A DNA stretch of 64,000 nt from Tubiluchus corallicola (lineage: Eukaryota; Animalia; Priapulida), in assembly GCA_030141605.1 (NCBI GenBank), contig JAQGDQ010000028.1:62001-126000 (forward strand), written 5' to 3'. Shown here piece by piece: positions 1-13,262 of the stretch. Position 1 is the first letter of the stretch, and each line of letters begins with the position of its first letter. The translations under genes and the position numbers were made by a program. The notes beneath the pieces are model-generated. The model saw only the letters and a program-made list of their open reading frames with translations, was not told where the DNA came from and ran no database searches.

Positions 1-3000
1 TATATCGCAGAAATTTTCCCAGTGTTTCTTTGCGGAATCGGATGGAATTCCAACTCACAAAGATTTTGCTGCAAGCATACAATCCAACCGACAGAGTTAA
101 CCGACCACTGGGGCCAAAAATTAAGTAAATGTTAGGTCAGACTAGACTCAACTAAGGGTCCAACGTTCGGTCCAGATGGATTGGTTTGGGTCAAATTGGA
201 TTAGATTAAGTTTAGTTCGCTCGATTCGGCACTTGTGGATTAGGTTAGTTAGGATGAACACTTATTTGTTTGGGTGGAAATTCGATGATTTCATGCGAGC
301 TTATTATACTACCCTGATTAGATAAAATTCTACATGAGCATAAGCTGTAAAATTCATATTGTTACGTAATTTTGATTAGGATCATTTCAAACATGGCGAT
401 ATTAACTTAGAAAGTGACAAAAATAAAGACTGACATTCGCTTTAAGATGCTTTTATTGGCTTAAGCACACGCACTGCATAACGGTATTGTGAATGATGAG
501 GTTATATACCACATTAACAGCCCATATTATACGAGCAGTTCTAATTTCCCACAACCCGTATGGAAAAAAGTACATTAAAAAACAATATGCTCATAGCTAA
601 ACCATTTGTATTACTCTCGCACAGCAAGATATGGTTGGTTTATGAACACAAACACGCATGGATCAATCTGAGGTAAAAAAGAAGTAAAAGCTACATTTCA
701 GACTACCTAACGTCAAAAAGTCTTCAGCCACGTAAAATTCACAGATTTAATGTGACGTAAAAATGTTTTCATAAGGGTGCAAATGAAGCCAGAAATGATT
801 AATTGTAAATTAAATGTAAAAAACAATCGTCTCTGTGCAATCCACAATTACTCCCACTGAGAGTGACACACAATTTTTGAATTATCATAAATAATTCGAC
901 CACCATTACATACTTTTGAAAGGCAATTAGAGAAGCAATTTATGAAAATAAATATTTTTGCTAATTGCAATCAAATGAAAAAAATCTTTATTTCAAATGA
1001 TAATAAAACTTGATTTAGAACTTAAATATATATTCTTGGGAAGACCAAAAACGCTAAGCACTACAGATTTCAGACAGTCGTTGGCAACTTGTAATATTAA
1101 CAAAGCTTACCAAACGCCACCCGATCATCTTATTAACGTGAGCACGTTTATCAAATCTCAGTAATTGGACAGCCCCAACTGTTCGATTAGTTTGAAGCAG
1201 CATTTTTGCATTAACTGTTAATTCATGACATGCTTCTGTATATTGGCATTTCATTTGATATCATATACTACGTAACTACCTTATTTACAGAACACTTTGA
1301 ATGAAATTCCCCACCCAATATTTAAAATTCCTTCCTTTTGAGTCCAGTGCCTCCCGTTTGAGATTCACTATTCAAAAGTAACAATTTTTTGTTTCCACTC
1401 TTGTTCGTTCTCTGTTAACCCACTTCCAGGACGTCGGTTTCAGGAAGAAGCGCCCAGCAGAACGTGTCACAATTTCCTCTAATTTCTAAACGCGCAAATT
1501 CCAAAGTGCTTCATGGCGGGAGATGCGCTATTTAGAAAAGTCGCAATCAAGCACAAGGTGCATATCGATTGCAATGGTTTTTCTAAATACCCAAGCATTA
1601 GTTGAAAGCTTTCACTGAGTATCGACACTTAGTTTCCGGCTTTACTTCCGCCTCCCAGCACCCGACTAAAAGCGTCACATGCGTTGCCTCGCGTCATACC
1701 GAAGAACATCAATATCTCATTGTCAGCTTTCTAAAGATTTCGTGCCATTTCGATGATTTACAAGCCAGAACGAATTTAAAATGCGAATTTAAGCCAGGAA
1801 GGTGCAGAATTATAGCCGTGAATAAAAGCTGAGCTGTAATTCTTTACTCGATGAAGCGGATGGCATTGTTCCCAACAGCTTTCAAGCACAATGATGAATG
1901 AATCTGCGACAAAATCTAATGAAGAAATATAATCCGCATTTAAAAATGAGAAAGGCAGTAGAATCACGCCACGATACTTTGAGAAAAAGTAGTTTTTACA
2001 AAGTTTAGGATATTACTGAAATTGGGAGCCACGTTAAACATTATAATAATTAACAGAAAATAGTAAAATGAAGAACGAATTAGGTGTGGGAATCGAACAC
2101 ATTAGTAGAAAACTGCTCATAAGAGACCCTGCTAGCAGCATACCCACGTTATCGATCCTTTAAAACGCACTAGTTCTTGGTTTTCTTATCATTAAGACCC
2201 TTCATTCGATGGGTCTTCAGTTGACAAGAGACTCTCGAATTTTAATCCAATGATTCCAATATTATCCTATCCACAGACTTTCAAGTAATGCATGTGGGTT
2301 AAATATACTTTACAAAATTTTCGCTTGAAAACTGACTGAGGATTCAGTGAGGCACAAAATCGATGAACGAGTGAAATGCGGACCACAGCTAAGGTATCAC
2401 TGATCAATGCCAGTTGTCATTAACCAGTCAGCACACTAAAAAAAACATTGTATATCTTTAGCCTCTTCAGAGGCAACTGACGTTGTTTGGAGCGATTTGC
2501 ACAGAAAAGGTTTAAAGTTTCACGATTTTGTCGCAAAATTATTGGAATGAAGAAACCAACGTGTGGTTGAGAAAGAAAGAACAGGGACTGCAAAAAAATT
2601 ACCGGTACCATTACTTGGAATATTTAATTAGATCAAAACAAATTTGATAGACCATAATAGCTACACGCTCTAGGACTATAGTTAGGATCACGCTTTGCTG
2701 GAGCATTTACGTCGACATGGAAGGTGTAAATGTCCAAATTAAAGAATAATGCAGGAGAAGACTTGTAGTACATAAATGTTAAAACACAAATGTGTACTGC
2801 TTAACATGAAATTACCAAAAAGTGCACTTAGGTAAAAAAACGTCCAAGAAACTTACAGTTACCCGAAGTCAATTTGCAAAGCCCGAGGCCTGTGCAAAAG
2901 CATGTGTAATAAGCTAAAACAAATGGCTTCATAAATTTACTGACTAAAGTTGCGCCGCGGCGACTACTGAAACACATAACTAATCTCCTATTTAATTTAG

Positions 3001-6000
3001 AACACATGTAAACATGTTGGTACTGCTAGCACTGCCCTCTGGCATCGCTGACATACCTGCTACAAGAGGGCGTTACTTCACGCGATCCGGTTTTGAGCTC
3101 AGTTTACAGTTCGTGGTTTCTACGTCAATAAATTAATTTTGATACTTATAGACAAAACGCTTTAACAGAGCTCTGGCCGAAATATTAAGAGAGAATCTGT
3201 AATCAAAGACATGCTCGTACAGATACTAGCTAGTCTAGAACAGGGCGATAAAAAAACCCTATTACAGTCTTAAATGTCTGAAATTTGCAAATGCCGTTTG
3301 CAGGGAGAGGTACAATCAAAATTTGATTGCTAATAGCTGCTTTCGATTAAGAATGCGTCCCACACTTTAATTCTTCAATGTAGAAACAATATTTCCGTGG
3401 TTTGGAATCAGTCTTGTTTAAAATGCGCGGCAGGAGTTCTATTCTCTGCACAGCCAGACTTTTTACATTCTATTTCAAGCATGTTCTTTAACAGCCGCCT
3501 AACTTTAATTTAATCCTCACAGCACTGATGCATAGTGACTGCGCTTAATTGCACGTAGTTGTTAATTTGGCAAATCCAATTTCATTGGTGTTCAAAGGAC
3601 TGAGTTTTAATTAAAGCGTGTGTATATCAATTTAAAGAACGTATGGAAGTTGACAGAATCCATTGAGATTGAAACAGTATAGGCTTTGTGATGTGACATG
3701 ATTGATTAGGTACGAAAACTGTGACTCTTGCAAGACTGTTTTCCTCATCAATGACAGAAAACCAGTCTTGTTACTTCAAAGCTCAATTCCTGGGTGACTC
3801 GCACATTACAAAATATACTTCAGGTGATGCTGCCTGCACAATCAGATCTCAAAACTGAAATATTTTGTTTCAAATCACATTAAGAGATAGAGAATGTTAT
3901 TAATTATCAGATCTGTCAACAAATACAAAATTACATAATGTGATTAATATTTACTTCTAGCAGTACTATACCTAAATACTTGACCGACCGACATTACAAT
4001 GCAAAATTGAGTAAAAAATAAATGGCGGCTCGTTCATCTTTACAAACTCGTTTTGAACTTCCTGTTGACGCACGGTGACCAGAAAGCATTAGGATGTCAG
4101 CTGGTATATCTTGTCTATAACTTACTACGACTTGGTACCAACAAGACCCAAAAATAGGACGGCCGAATAGAAATTTATTAACGGATAATGCAAGACCAAA
4201 AGGGGCCCCAGAATTCATTGTAGGTACCTATCTAGATGTACACAGTTTAGGCGTGAAATATGACAGTCGACACGGTTGACTAGACGTGACATTTCAAGTT
4301 GATACATGGCTTCCCTGATAACAGATTCATTTAATTAGCATGGGTAATGGTTTCAGATGCACAGGGAAATACGATTGCGCAATGCTAGTTCGCCTGGATT
4401 TCAATGACTGCTGCCACTTCTTGATCATGATAATGGCAGCGATCAAGTTTCACATTTAAGAGTACGCTCGGTTTCCAGGAGGGGTGGGACGATGACTAAG
4501 ATATATTTAGCACTCTGATCCCAGGGCGACTGTGATGACTACAATGGCGCAAAATAAAGAACACACTACTGGGAATAGTAAAAAAAAGAAGATAAACATG
4601 ACTTAGAGAAACTAAGCACCCTATTCCCAGGGCGATGTTGACAATGATGCAAAATATAATAAACGCTATTTGGGCATGTTTAACACCTTGTTCCCAGAGT
4701 GGTTGGAGTGACAACTTGACAACGATGCAAAACAAAAACAAAACATTATTGAAAATATTAACAAGGGCGGATATAAACATTATATGGTCTGTTTCGTGTC
4801 ATGGTTTGTGTCATTGTAGCATATCCACATACGCTCAAATGACACAACACATTGCAATGATATACAATTTGTACAAATAGCTCGGATAGCTGTCCTTACA
4901 ACATCCGATTTGAATTTAAATTTATCATGTGGATGATATTGCAGATATGACAGCTGCAGCTTTGAAGCACAAACCACTAACGTATGAAACGCATGAAAAT
5001 CCTAACAATTGGGGAATGCAAACCTTTTAACTGTTGAGATTAAATCTGCTGATCTCTAAATTAATTTTTCATATAACTTCATCAATCATTTTTAGAATAC
5101 AAATATTGTTTATTAACAAAAACCGTGTCATATTCTTATAGGCGCATGAACCATGATCAATGTTAAAGCTATAACATTCTCACATAACTCGCAATGAGGC
5201 TTTGTTTTGCAGCTGAATAGTTTTGTGCTGCAATGCATTCAATACCAAAAGAACAACATGTTTGACCTTTAATCATTTGTTTTCACAATCTAAATTCTCA
5301 ACATTCGGTGTTTTGATATTTTGCGTGCGGGTAGAATGACTTATGCTTCATTTTCATTACGTCTCAAGTAGCCTTATGGAGGAAACATACTACATTAATT
5401 TCAAAGCTTAATTTCTGAAACATTATTATCAGAACAAACTGGTTGGAAGCCATAGTTTATAGAGCTCATTCAGGTTAATAATCTCAGCAAAATTCCCACG
5501 CAAAAATCACAATCTTGACAAGAGTAGTTAATTCAGCTCAAAAGTCAGGCAGGCAATATTGTTTAAAGGTCAACATCTAAAATCGCCGGCGTGTTGTTCC
5601 ATCAAGCCATTAGATTTAATTAGCTGCTTCATTTCTTAATTTTCATCACAACACTGATTAGATTTTCAATCGCATTATTCAATAATCTTAATCGTAAAAG
5701 CTTGTAGAGATCACCCACTGTTAAGTCTGTAGGATGGCCTTAATCAATGACATGCTTATGTATCCATCTGTCCGTCTGCGTGTCAGTCTATTTAGTTAAG
5801 CAAACAAAAAAGAGGCAAGCAGTAATCCATCTGTTTCCTCAACTTAATCATTTTATTGAATTTTTAACAAAAACAGCTGAATTACCGATTGACTGACTGA
5901 TCAGCCAACTGATTGGACGTTACTGTCATTGCCAGTTAATCCATTGCTGTTGTAAATGTCGCGTAATATTACCCAACACTTTCTGGTTATCAAACTGAAA

Positions 6001-9000
6001 CATTTGTGGCAAAGCGTCTTTCCCATAATAGCCTCCCACAGCTATCACACAATGAACTGATACCCGTGAAATCATCGCGAATGTCAATTAGTGTGGACGC
6101 CAAGGAAAATTTTTCAACAGTTTATAGTCGATACATTTGCAAGTTGGTGAAAAATTGCCCAATTTAACCTTATACGATTGGCGTCGATTGCCTAATGCAC
6201 TGCGCGCGCAATCGTTCTTGGGAAGGAGTAAATAGTCATAAGCAATGGCTTCAGAAAATTCAGGTACATTAAAAGTACGACCAAAGTTAGTTTTGCTTTT
6301 CTTACTGTAGGCCTACATAAATCGCAGACGATGCCTCAAATGTCGATTCAATGGGTAAGTCCATTACAGTAAAGATAGAACCTATAAAGGGAATATGGGT
6401 AGGCTTTTGGAGAGGTAGGTGAGTTAGAGTTAGCTACATGGGCAGATAGGTTGGTGGGTAGCCAGACAAGTAAAGTAGTACAAACATCGATTGCACAGGA
6501 AAAACTGATGCGGAAACAGACTGACTGACCGACGCACAGGAAAATAAGTAAGCAGACACACAGACAATCAGATACATTTGTCAATGCCACGAAAATAATT
6601 GACGAGCAATTGAGCATACTACACAGCATGTACAGTACTACTATATGTAGTACACATACACACATGAATTCTGTGCTGTTTTTTAATTTTTGTTATTAGT
6701 ACAGCAGCCCCATGCCGGCATGTACACTGTTATCTGTTCCTGGTGTTTCTAACATTACTTACACAGACGAACTACCTATGTCATAAGGAGACGGTAAGAC
6801 AATGCCATGACACGCGACAGTGGAGCTGACTGCCTCTTACGGGCACATTCACGATTTCAGTTTTTGCTTACAGACATTTTTGAAAGACCTTTTCTGCAAC
6901 ATGCAAGAGACGTGGCTATTACAAATTCATCATAATAGACAAGTGTGGCCTAGAGGAGGAAAGGTGCTAATTGAGATGAAAACAGAGAAGTACATTAGGC
7001 TTCTTCAAACAAAGCCTCAAGCATGCTGATGAGGGAAATAGGTGGCGATGGCATTTAAAAATGTCAGAAAAAATGCCACCTGAGAAGGTAGTTATGAATA
7101 TGCAGAATCCTTGCTCCCACATATAAATAAACTAGTCATACAAAAGAAGTCCACATTGATTTAGCAAACTGTACTTCATACAAAGCTATAAAATAAGTAA
7201 GATCTATCTGCAGCACTACATCCATCTTTTGGGACAAGATAGACAGCCGACTGATCATGATTGAAGTTAAGCAATGCCCAACTTGGTCAGTAAAACGTGT
7301 TCAATAGTCATTTTGGAGAGTTTTATATGCCATACTAAACCTGGCTGTAATATCTCATTCAAGGATGATGTATTCATATACAGAAACGTGGCTAAAACAT
7401 ATATGTAGTTGGGTTTGTGGCATGCATTAGGATTTGATCATGCTTCTATGTTTCGTAAAGCGTTGTTCATCATTTAGTACTTGTATTTGGTATTTTGTGT
7501 AATGACTGTGTGCTCTAGTAAATAAGTTTCGTAAATAAATTGTAAATTGTAAAAAAGCTAACAGTCATAGCAGAGTAAGGCTTTTATACCACCTCCACTC
7601 CGTGAACCTCTTGCCAAAATTAATAGTTGGGCTCTTTGTGGTAGACAAATATCTTGCTCTTCACACATCACATTGATGGATATTGGACTGCCAAACAACA
7701 AACAAGTCACTACCAATCAAATAATTCTGATCGACATTTTGATTTAAAGTTTTGATCCCTTAAGGGATCATCACTAAGGGCAAAATATAAACATTGAATC
7801 CAATTCAAAATTTTACCCACCTCAACCAAAATAAACGGAAAAGATATTGCGGCTCGTAATAACAAACATCTCAAAATCTGTTTCCTTACAGGCAGTTCTC
7901 TCATGGTGTCAGATAGCTAAAGGAAATCAATTTTGTCGCCTTAACAGTGAATGTTGTCATTGGTAAAGGCAGAAATAGGCACAAATATGATCCTTTAGTG
8001 TGTTTATACATTACATGGTGGGAGTCAATTATAAATCTGGTTGCGACTAAGAAGCCCTAGTGTGTGCTTACTGAATGAGCTGCTGGGTGCTATTCTCTTT
8101 CCTGCTGCAGTAGTTAATGAATTATATGAAGAAATCTTAACATGTTATCTGCCGCTAGAATTGATATGCAGTTGACCATAGAGGGAGTATTTTGGCATCA
8201 AGCCCTGCAAGTGCTTTGCTGTAATATGTTAAGTTTGATTCTCTGACTACCACTAACAAAACGTATAAGGTATTTGCATTGATATTACAGCTTCATGTCT
8301 TAGCAAGCAGATCGCCAATTTTTTTGCAATGCTGTTCAACAGCTGATACACAGCATAAACCAAAAGCTTTTGGTTAATTGCTTTACACTGCTATCTGAGA
8401 CGACAGAACAATGAAGCAGCTGATTCTTTTACTGGCTAGTGACTTCACACAATTCTTGAGTTGGCTTCAGCAATAATGTATAGAATAGAGAGCAAACTGG
8501 AGTTGCTGCTTAATTGGATTATTTAGCATTTTCGACAGAAATTTAAATCACTTTACACACAAATAAATAGTGATAAAGAAGTGCAAATTCTTAATGTACC
8601 TTGGCATTGCATAGGTTGACAACTAGGTGATTTGCTGTAAAAGCTGATCCCATTGTAACATAAGAGCACTTAATTGTTGATTTTATTTTCTGCGTGCTAC
8701 AGTTACAGCTGATTTATAAATGTTCGTAATATAAGTAGTAAGACACTCATTATCTCCTTGTAGTTGTTAAAAGAAAAAAAATGGGAAACCAAAAACAATG
8801 CACATTTTAGTGTGTCGCCTGCCATCTCAATAAATCATTTCAAAATAACGGTTTATTAATATTTTGAGGGCTGAAAATATTAAATTTCTGAAACAATTCT
8901 TAATGTTAGTTATGTTCATTTTCAGAAAGGCCTTTGCAAAAAACATGGCGAAATCAGCCAAATGAAGAAAAACTGACTATCGTTGAGAAAACAGTACCGG

Positions 9001-9008
9001 ATGTTAAG

Positions 9009-10103
9009 ATGAGTGAGTTCAACGTGACACTGCTGCCACCTAGCATTAATGCCACATTATTACAAGAATATGTCAACTCAACACATGTGAAAGAAATATT
9101 ACAAGCCATACTACATGTATGGGTAGTACTGCTGTATCCCTTGATGGTGTTAATTATACTACTCAACATCATCGTACTAGCTGCTGTTGGCAGAATAAAG
9201 TACCAAAGACCAGTATATTTGCTCGTAGGAAACCTGGCCATTGCCGATTTATGTGTAGGTGCTACGATAGCACTGTATGTAGTGCCCTATCCGGCAGAAA
9301 CACCCTACGCCCGCAAGCTCGCTTGTTTATTGTCAGTAAACACTGTAACCTTTGCTTGGTTAGCATCATATCTAGGAACATTGTTCATTGCAATTGACCG
9401 ATACATGGTGGTGGTGCATCCATTGAAACACAAGCGCCTACTGACATTGAAACGAACAAAAATGCTTCTGGTCATTGTTTCGATTCTGATTGGTTTGTGG
9501 AGCAGTTTGCCTTTGATGGGCCTCAACGAGTGGGTGAAAGCAAAGGAGGTGTGCAATCTAGCATTGTGTCTACCAATGTGGTACCTTCACATCAATTTCT
9601 TTTCCTACATTTGCGTTGTGTGCATCGTTTGTGTGCTTTATGCTCGTCTCTTCTGTGTCTACAATCAACAACAAAAAGAGGTAGTATTGCTCTTTCGCAC
9701 GACCAGTGCAACCAGTACAACCAGTAATGTTGAGACCAACATCGGAAACATCAAGTTAGCCAGGACACTGCTGCTTGTCTCGTGCGTGTTTATAGTGTGT
9801 TGGACACCATATGTGATTGTCATCACCCTATTTCAAGTTTATGGTAGATGGACACCAGTAGACAAAAACGTCCAATATCCAGAAACAATGCAGATGGAGC
9901 AGGTACTATACCTTCTCTACAAGTACACGTTTCTGTTAGCCATGGCAAACTCTGCCATCAATCCAATACTATACGCATGGAAAATGGAAACGCTCAGAGC
10001 AGTGATACTGCCTAAATGGTGCCGAAGAATGCTGCAAAAGTGCTTTGGCCACAGGAATAAACATTTAAATGGATTATGTGAAACACGTAATACACGAGTA
10101 TAG
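9009..10103 (+). CDS. Class A (rhodopsin-like) GPCR, single coding exon, ~364 aa; MECA-group-like (adenosine/melanocortin/lipid receptor-like) orphan
   Basis: ORF 8934-10103 has seven hydrophobic segments and the motifs LLN (TM1), NLAIADL (TM2), AIDRY (TM3), CWTPY (TM6) and NSAINPILY (TM7), plus N-terminal sequons NVT/NAT/NST. The track start at 8934 is TTG; the first in-frame ATG is 9009. A splice acceptor (ttcattttcag) ends at 8925, implying upstream exon(s). Confidence 0.93.
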   Translation: MSEFNVTLLPPSINATLLQEYVNSTHVKEILQAILHVWVVLLYPLMVLIILLNIIVLAAVGRIKYQRPVYLLVGNLAIADLCVGATIALYVVPYPAETPYARKLACLLSVNTVTFAWLASYLGTLFIAIDRYMVVVHPLKHKRLLTLKRTKMLLVIVSILIGLWSSLPLMGLNEWVKAKEVCNLALCLPMWYLHINFFSYICVVCIVCVLYARLFCVYNQQQKEVVLLFRTTSATSTTSNVETNIGNIKLARTLLLVSCVFIVCWTPYVIVITLFQVYGRWTPVDKNVQYPETMQMEQVLYLLYKYTFLLAMANSAINPILYAWKMETLRAVILPKWCRRMLQKCFGHRNKHLNGLCETRNTRV

Positions 10104-12849
10104 CGAAACGTAGCTTCACATGATTGAGTACCTTTTCAAAGTGAACAGTTGGCAAACGAGAATAATGTTTCTGCAGTGCAGATAACACTAGAGGAATGGT
10201 TTAAATCAATGATGAAGGGTTAACAAACCGAAGACGAAATAGCAAAACCTTAAAGCGGATTAAAACAAACACGTTTTTCGCAATGTCAAGACCTGAGTAA
10301 ATGATTCTGAGCTTTTAGTGATGTGAATTGTCTGAAAGGTTTCAGCTGTTAGACTGCTACACAATAGTGTAGTATAATGTTGTGAAACTAAGTAGAACTA
10401 GTTCTAAAGATTTCAATTCCCTGAGTGCAACAAAATTTGAAAGAAAGCATCAGAACACTTGAAGATTCTTCAGCTATTTTTCAAAGCTTGACTTAAATGT
10501 AGCAAAGTCCAGCAACATTTGTCCATTTAATTACATCAGCACGATGTACGACACATTTGTTCGTAGTTTTATAACTTTGTATTTAAACCGTTTTATACTT
10601 TGGTTGGTTAATTGAATAACATTATCTGCCGATCTGGACAATTTTGTGAAAATCAATTCATTTTCATGTTATCAGTTTTATGTTTCCTCTAGATTATTTC
10701 ACGGTCCACAGAAGGATAACAAAGACGTTTATTGAGTCTTTATAGCGGTGCTAGAGTCAATATATACTTGATCGATTGCAACAAAAGAGTTTCACATTTC
10801 TAAAGATGCGAGATCGTGTGACATTTCGAAGATGTGCGAATACGTTATGGAAAATGATGAAATGTGCACGTTCTGCTGCACACAAATTATGTATTTTTGT
10901 TACACATCAGGTTTTGTTACAATAATTTCAGTAATCGTTGCCAAAACTTGGTAAGCACTTATGACCAAATGATGAAAACTTAGAAGCTCCTTTACTTATT
11001 GAAAAAATCAAAGTAAAAATTAACTTTGTAATTTAGATCTGTGTGTAAATCACTAAACTATCTTGTTTATTTATTTACATTTATTTTTACTTCTTGCATT
11101 ATTTTTGTTCGTTCATTTGTGAGTTGATTTTTCACTTGTTCATTTGTGCATTTGTTTGTTTATCTAAATTAGTTTGGGTAACTTTCATATATGACCTATT
11201 TTTAGAAAAATGGTGATTACTATAACTATTTTAATCTGCAATATTTTACTAAAAATTTTGAAGGTTAATTCCAACTTTTAGTTATTATTTGTACAAAATC
11301 ATTTACATCAAGACATAGCAAAATTTGTAAATCTGTTTTAACCTCTACAAGATGTTATTCAGTATTTAACATAATTATATTTAATGTACAAAAGTATGCC
11401 TGAGAGTAGAAAAAATGGCTATTTGTATGTAACATATCAGGAGAGCTTCTATAATGTATTTATTTATTGTGTTTGTGGAACGTGCGAAATATTTGCTATG
11501 CCTGGCTGATGTATATTTGAAAGCACGAATATCGGCTATGGAAATAAAATTCAAATACAGAATTAACTTATATGTTGATTAATCTGTATATAATGATATG
11601 AGTAGAAAACGAAAACACAAAATGGTATGGGGGCAAACATTATTTTTAGAAAGTTATTAAAAATTAATAGGAATTACAACAAGAGCAAAATGAAAATTTG
11701 GTAGCTGTGTCTACATTCGTGAGAATTTTAGTGACGTCAGACTTGGCTTCCTAAGTCTGGTCTTTTTATATATAATCAAAGATCAGTTACACCTCTCTTC
11801 TAGAGTCAGGACGGTAGTAGAAGAAAATAGCAAAACAAAAACAAATTCTAAAAAATGCACTAAGTAAAATTTTACGACAAGATGAACTTTGATGAACAAT
11901 TAGTTGCAAAAAAAGTTGAAAATCAAATTAGCGGGTGAAGAACCCTTTTTGTCGTAGGTTCCTTGGATATCATACAGATAGCTTTGACTTTGCAAACTTC
12001 TACTTAATGCAGTCCAGGACTTAATTCATTGGATAGCAGTCCTAATGGCACTCAGAAGCTAAGTTTCATATTTTTTCAGTGACAAAAAGCATGTGGCGAT
12101 CATGGACTCATGACTTTACTCTTTCTACTTTAGTGCCATTTAAAAAAAACGCTTTTCTTCCTGAGGGATAATAATCAGTAAAAAAATCAGTTAATGAATT
12201 TCAAAAGAAAAAGATGTCTCTTGCTTTAGGAATGGTATTATGAAAATGTGTGACTTTTGACAAAGTTCAAGAGCTTCGAAAGTCAAAAAAATCCAATAAC
12301 CATTTTTTCCAACATGAGATAACAATAAAAAAGCCTGTAGGCATGTTAAATGTTACAAAGAACACATTCAAATTGTAGAGCAAAGAATTTATGAAACACA
12401 TTGTGATGAAATGACAATTCAAATTTCAGATTGGAATTTATTTACAGTCTGGACACTATAAGTTCACCAATGAAGTTTTAGTTATAATATCAGTAACTGT
12501 TATTAAAATAGTCAGATGTTTACTGTTTTTCTGAAAGTTGGATAGGCAGCCATTAAAAAATTACTTCAGCCCTAATTTGCACATAGATTGCAATGCTAAA
12601 TGATTTACAAATCTACAACTGTGTTCTGATTTATTATTCATTATTACATAAAATTTATATAACATTCCAAATATATAAAAATTATCAGTGGCACTTTAGA
12701 ACCACATATTTTACAAAGCCTAAAATAAATCATAAAACTACACACATTATAAAGAAAAGTCTTAAAATTTAAGTTAAAAAATCAACATAAAATCTACTTA
12801 GCAAAACACAGGCAAAATTAAAATCCAATTCAACTCCCATACTCCAATT

Positions 12850-13262
12850 TAAAAAGATGTGCCTTGAGCAACTTTTTAAATGTAATTATATTATCGCAGC
12901 TTCTAATATTCAATGGAAGGCTGTTCTAAACAGTTGGAGTGGCATGGGAAAGGCATGCATACCCAAAGTTTTTGTTTGTGTCCTAGGTAGATTTTTATTG
13001 CCAGATCTTAAGTTTCAGGAGGGCATATAAATACTAATCAGTTCTGCAAGATGGCACGGGGCTTTACCATGTAAACATTTAAATGCCAGCACAGCAATTT
13101 TGAATTTGATCCTAGATTGCACCAAATCAGTGTACGGCCCATAATGTTGGAGTTACGTGATCATACTTGCGCAAATACACAATCACTCTAACTGCACAAT
13201 TTTGAATTTTTTGTAGTTTGTTTATAGAGTTTTTTGAAACACTGAACAGAAATGCATTTAAA
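12850..13262 (-). mobile_element. Degraded 3' end of an L2/CR1-group LINE ORF2
   Basis: Minus-strand translation SINKLQKIQNCAVRVIVYLRKYDHVTPTL..VH, then broken frames resembling RIKFKIAVLAFKCLHGKAP and LPLNIRSC..IITFKKLLK.HLF; this is the typical post-RT tail of CR1/L2 LINEs, here with stops and frameshifts. It may extend to ~13600. Confidence 0.75.

Noticed and set aside
8934-9008. ORF-track start of the GPCR at 8934
   Set aside because: The codon is TTG just downstream of a splice acceptor; the first in-frame ATG is 9009.
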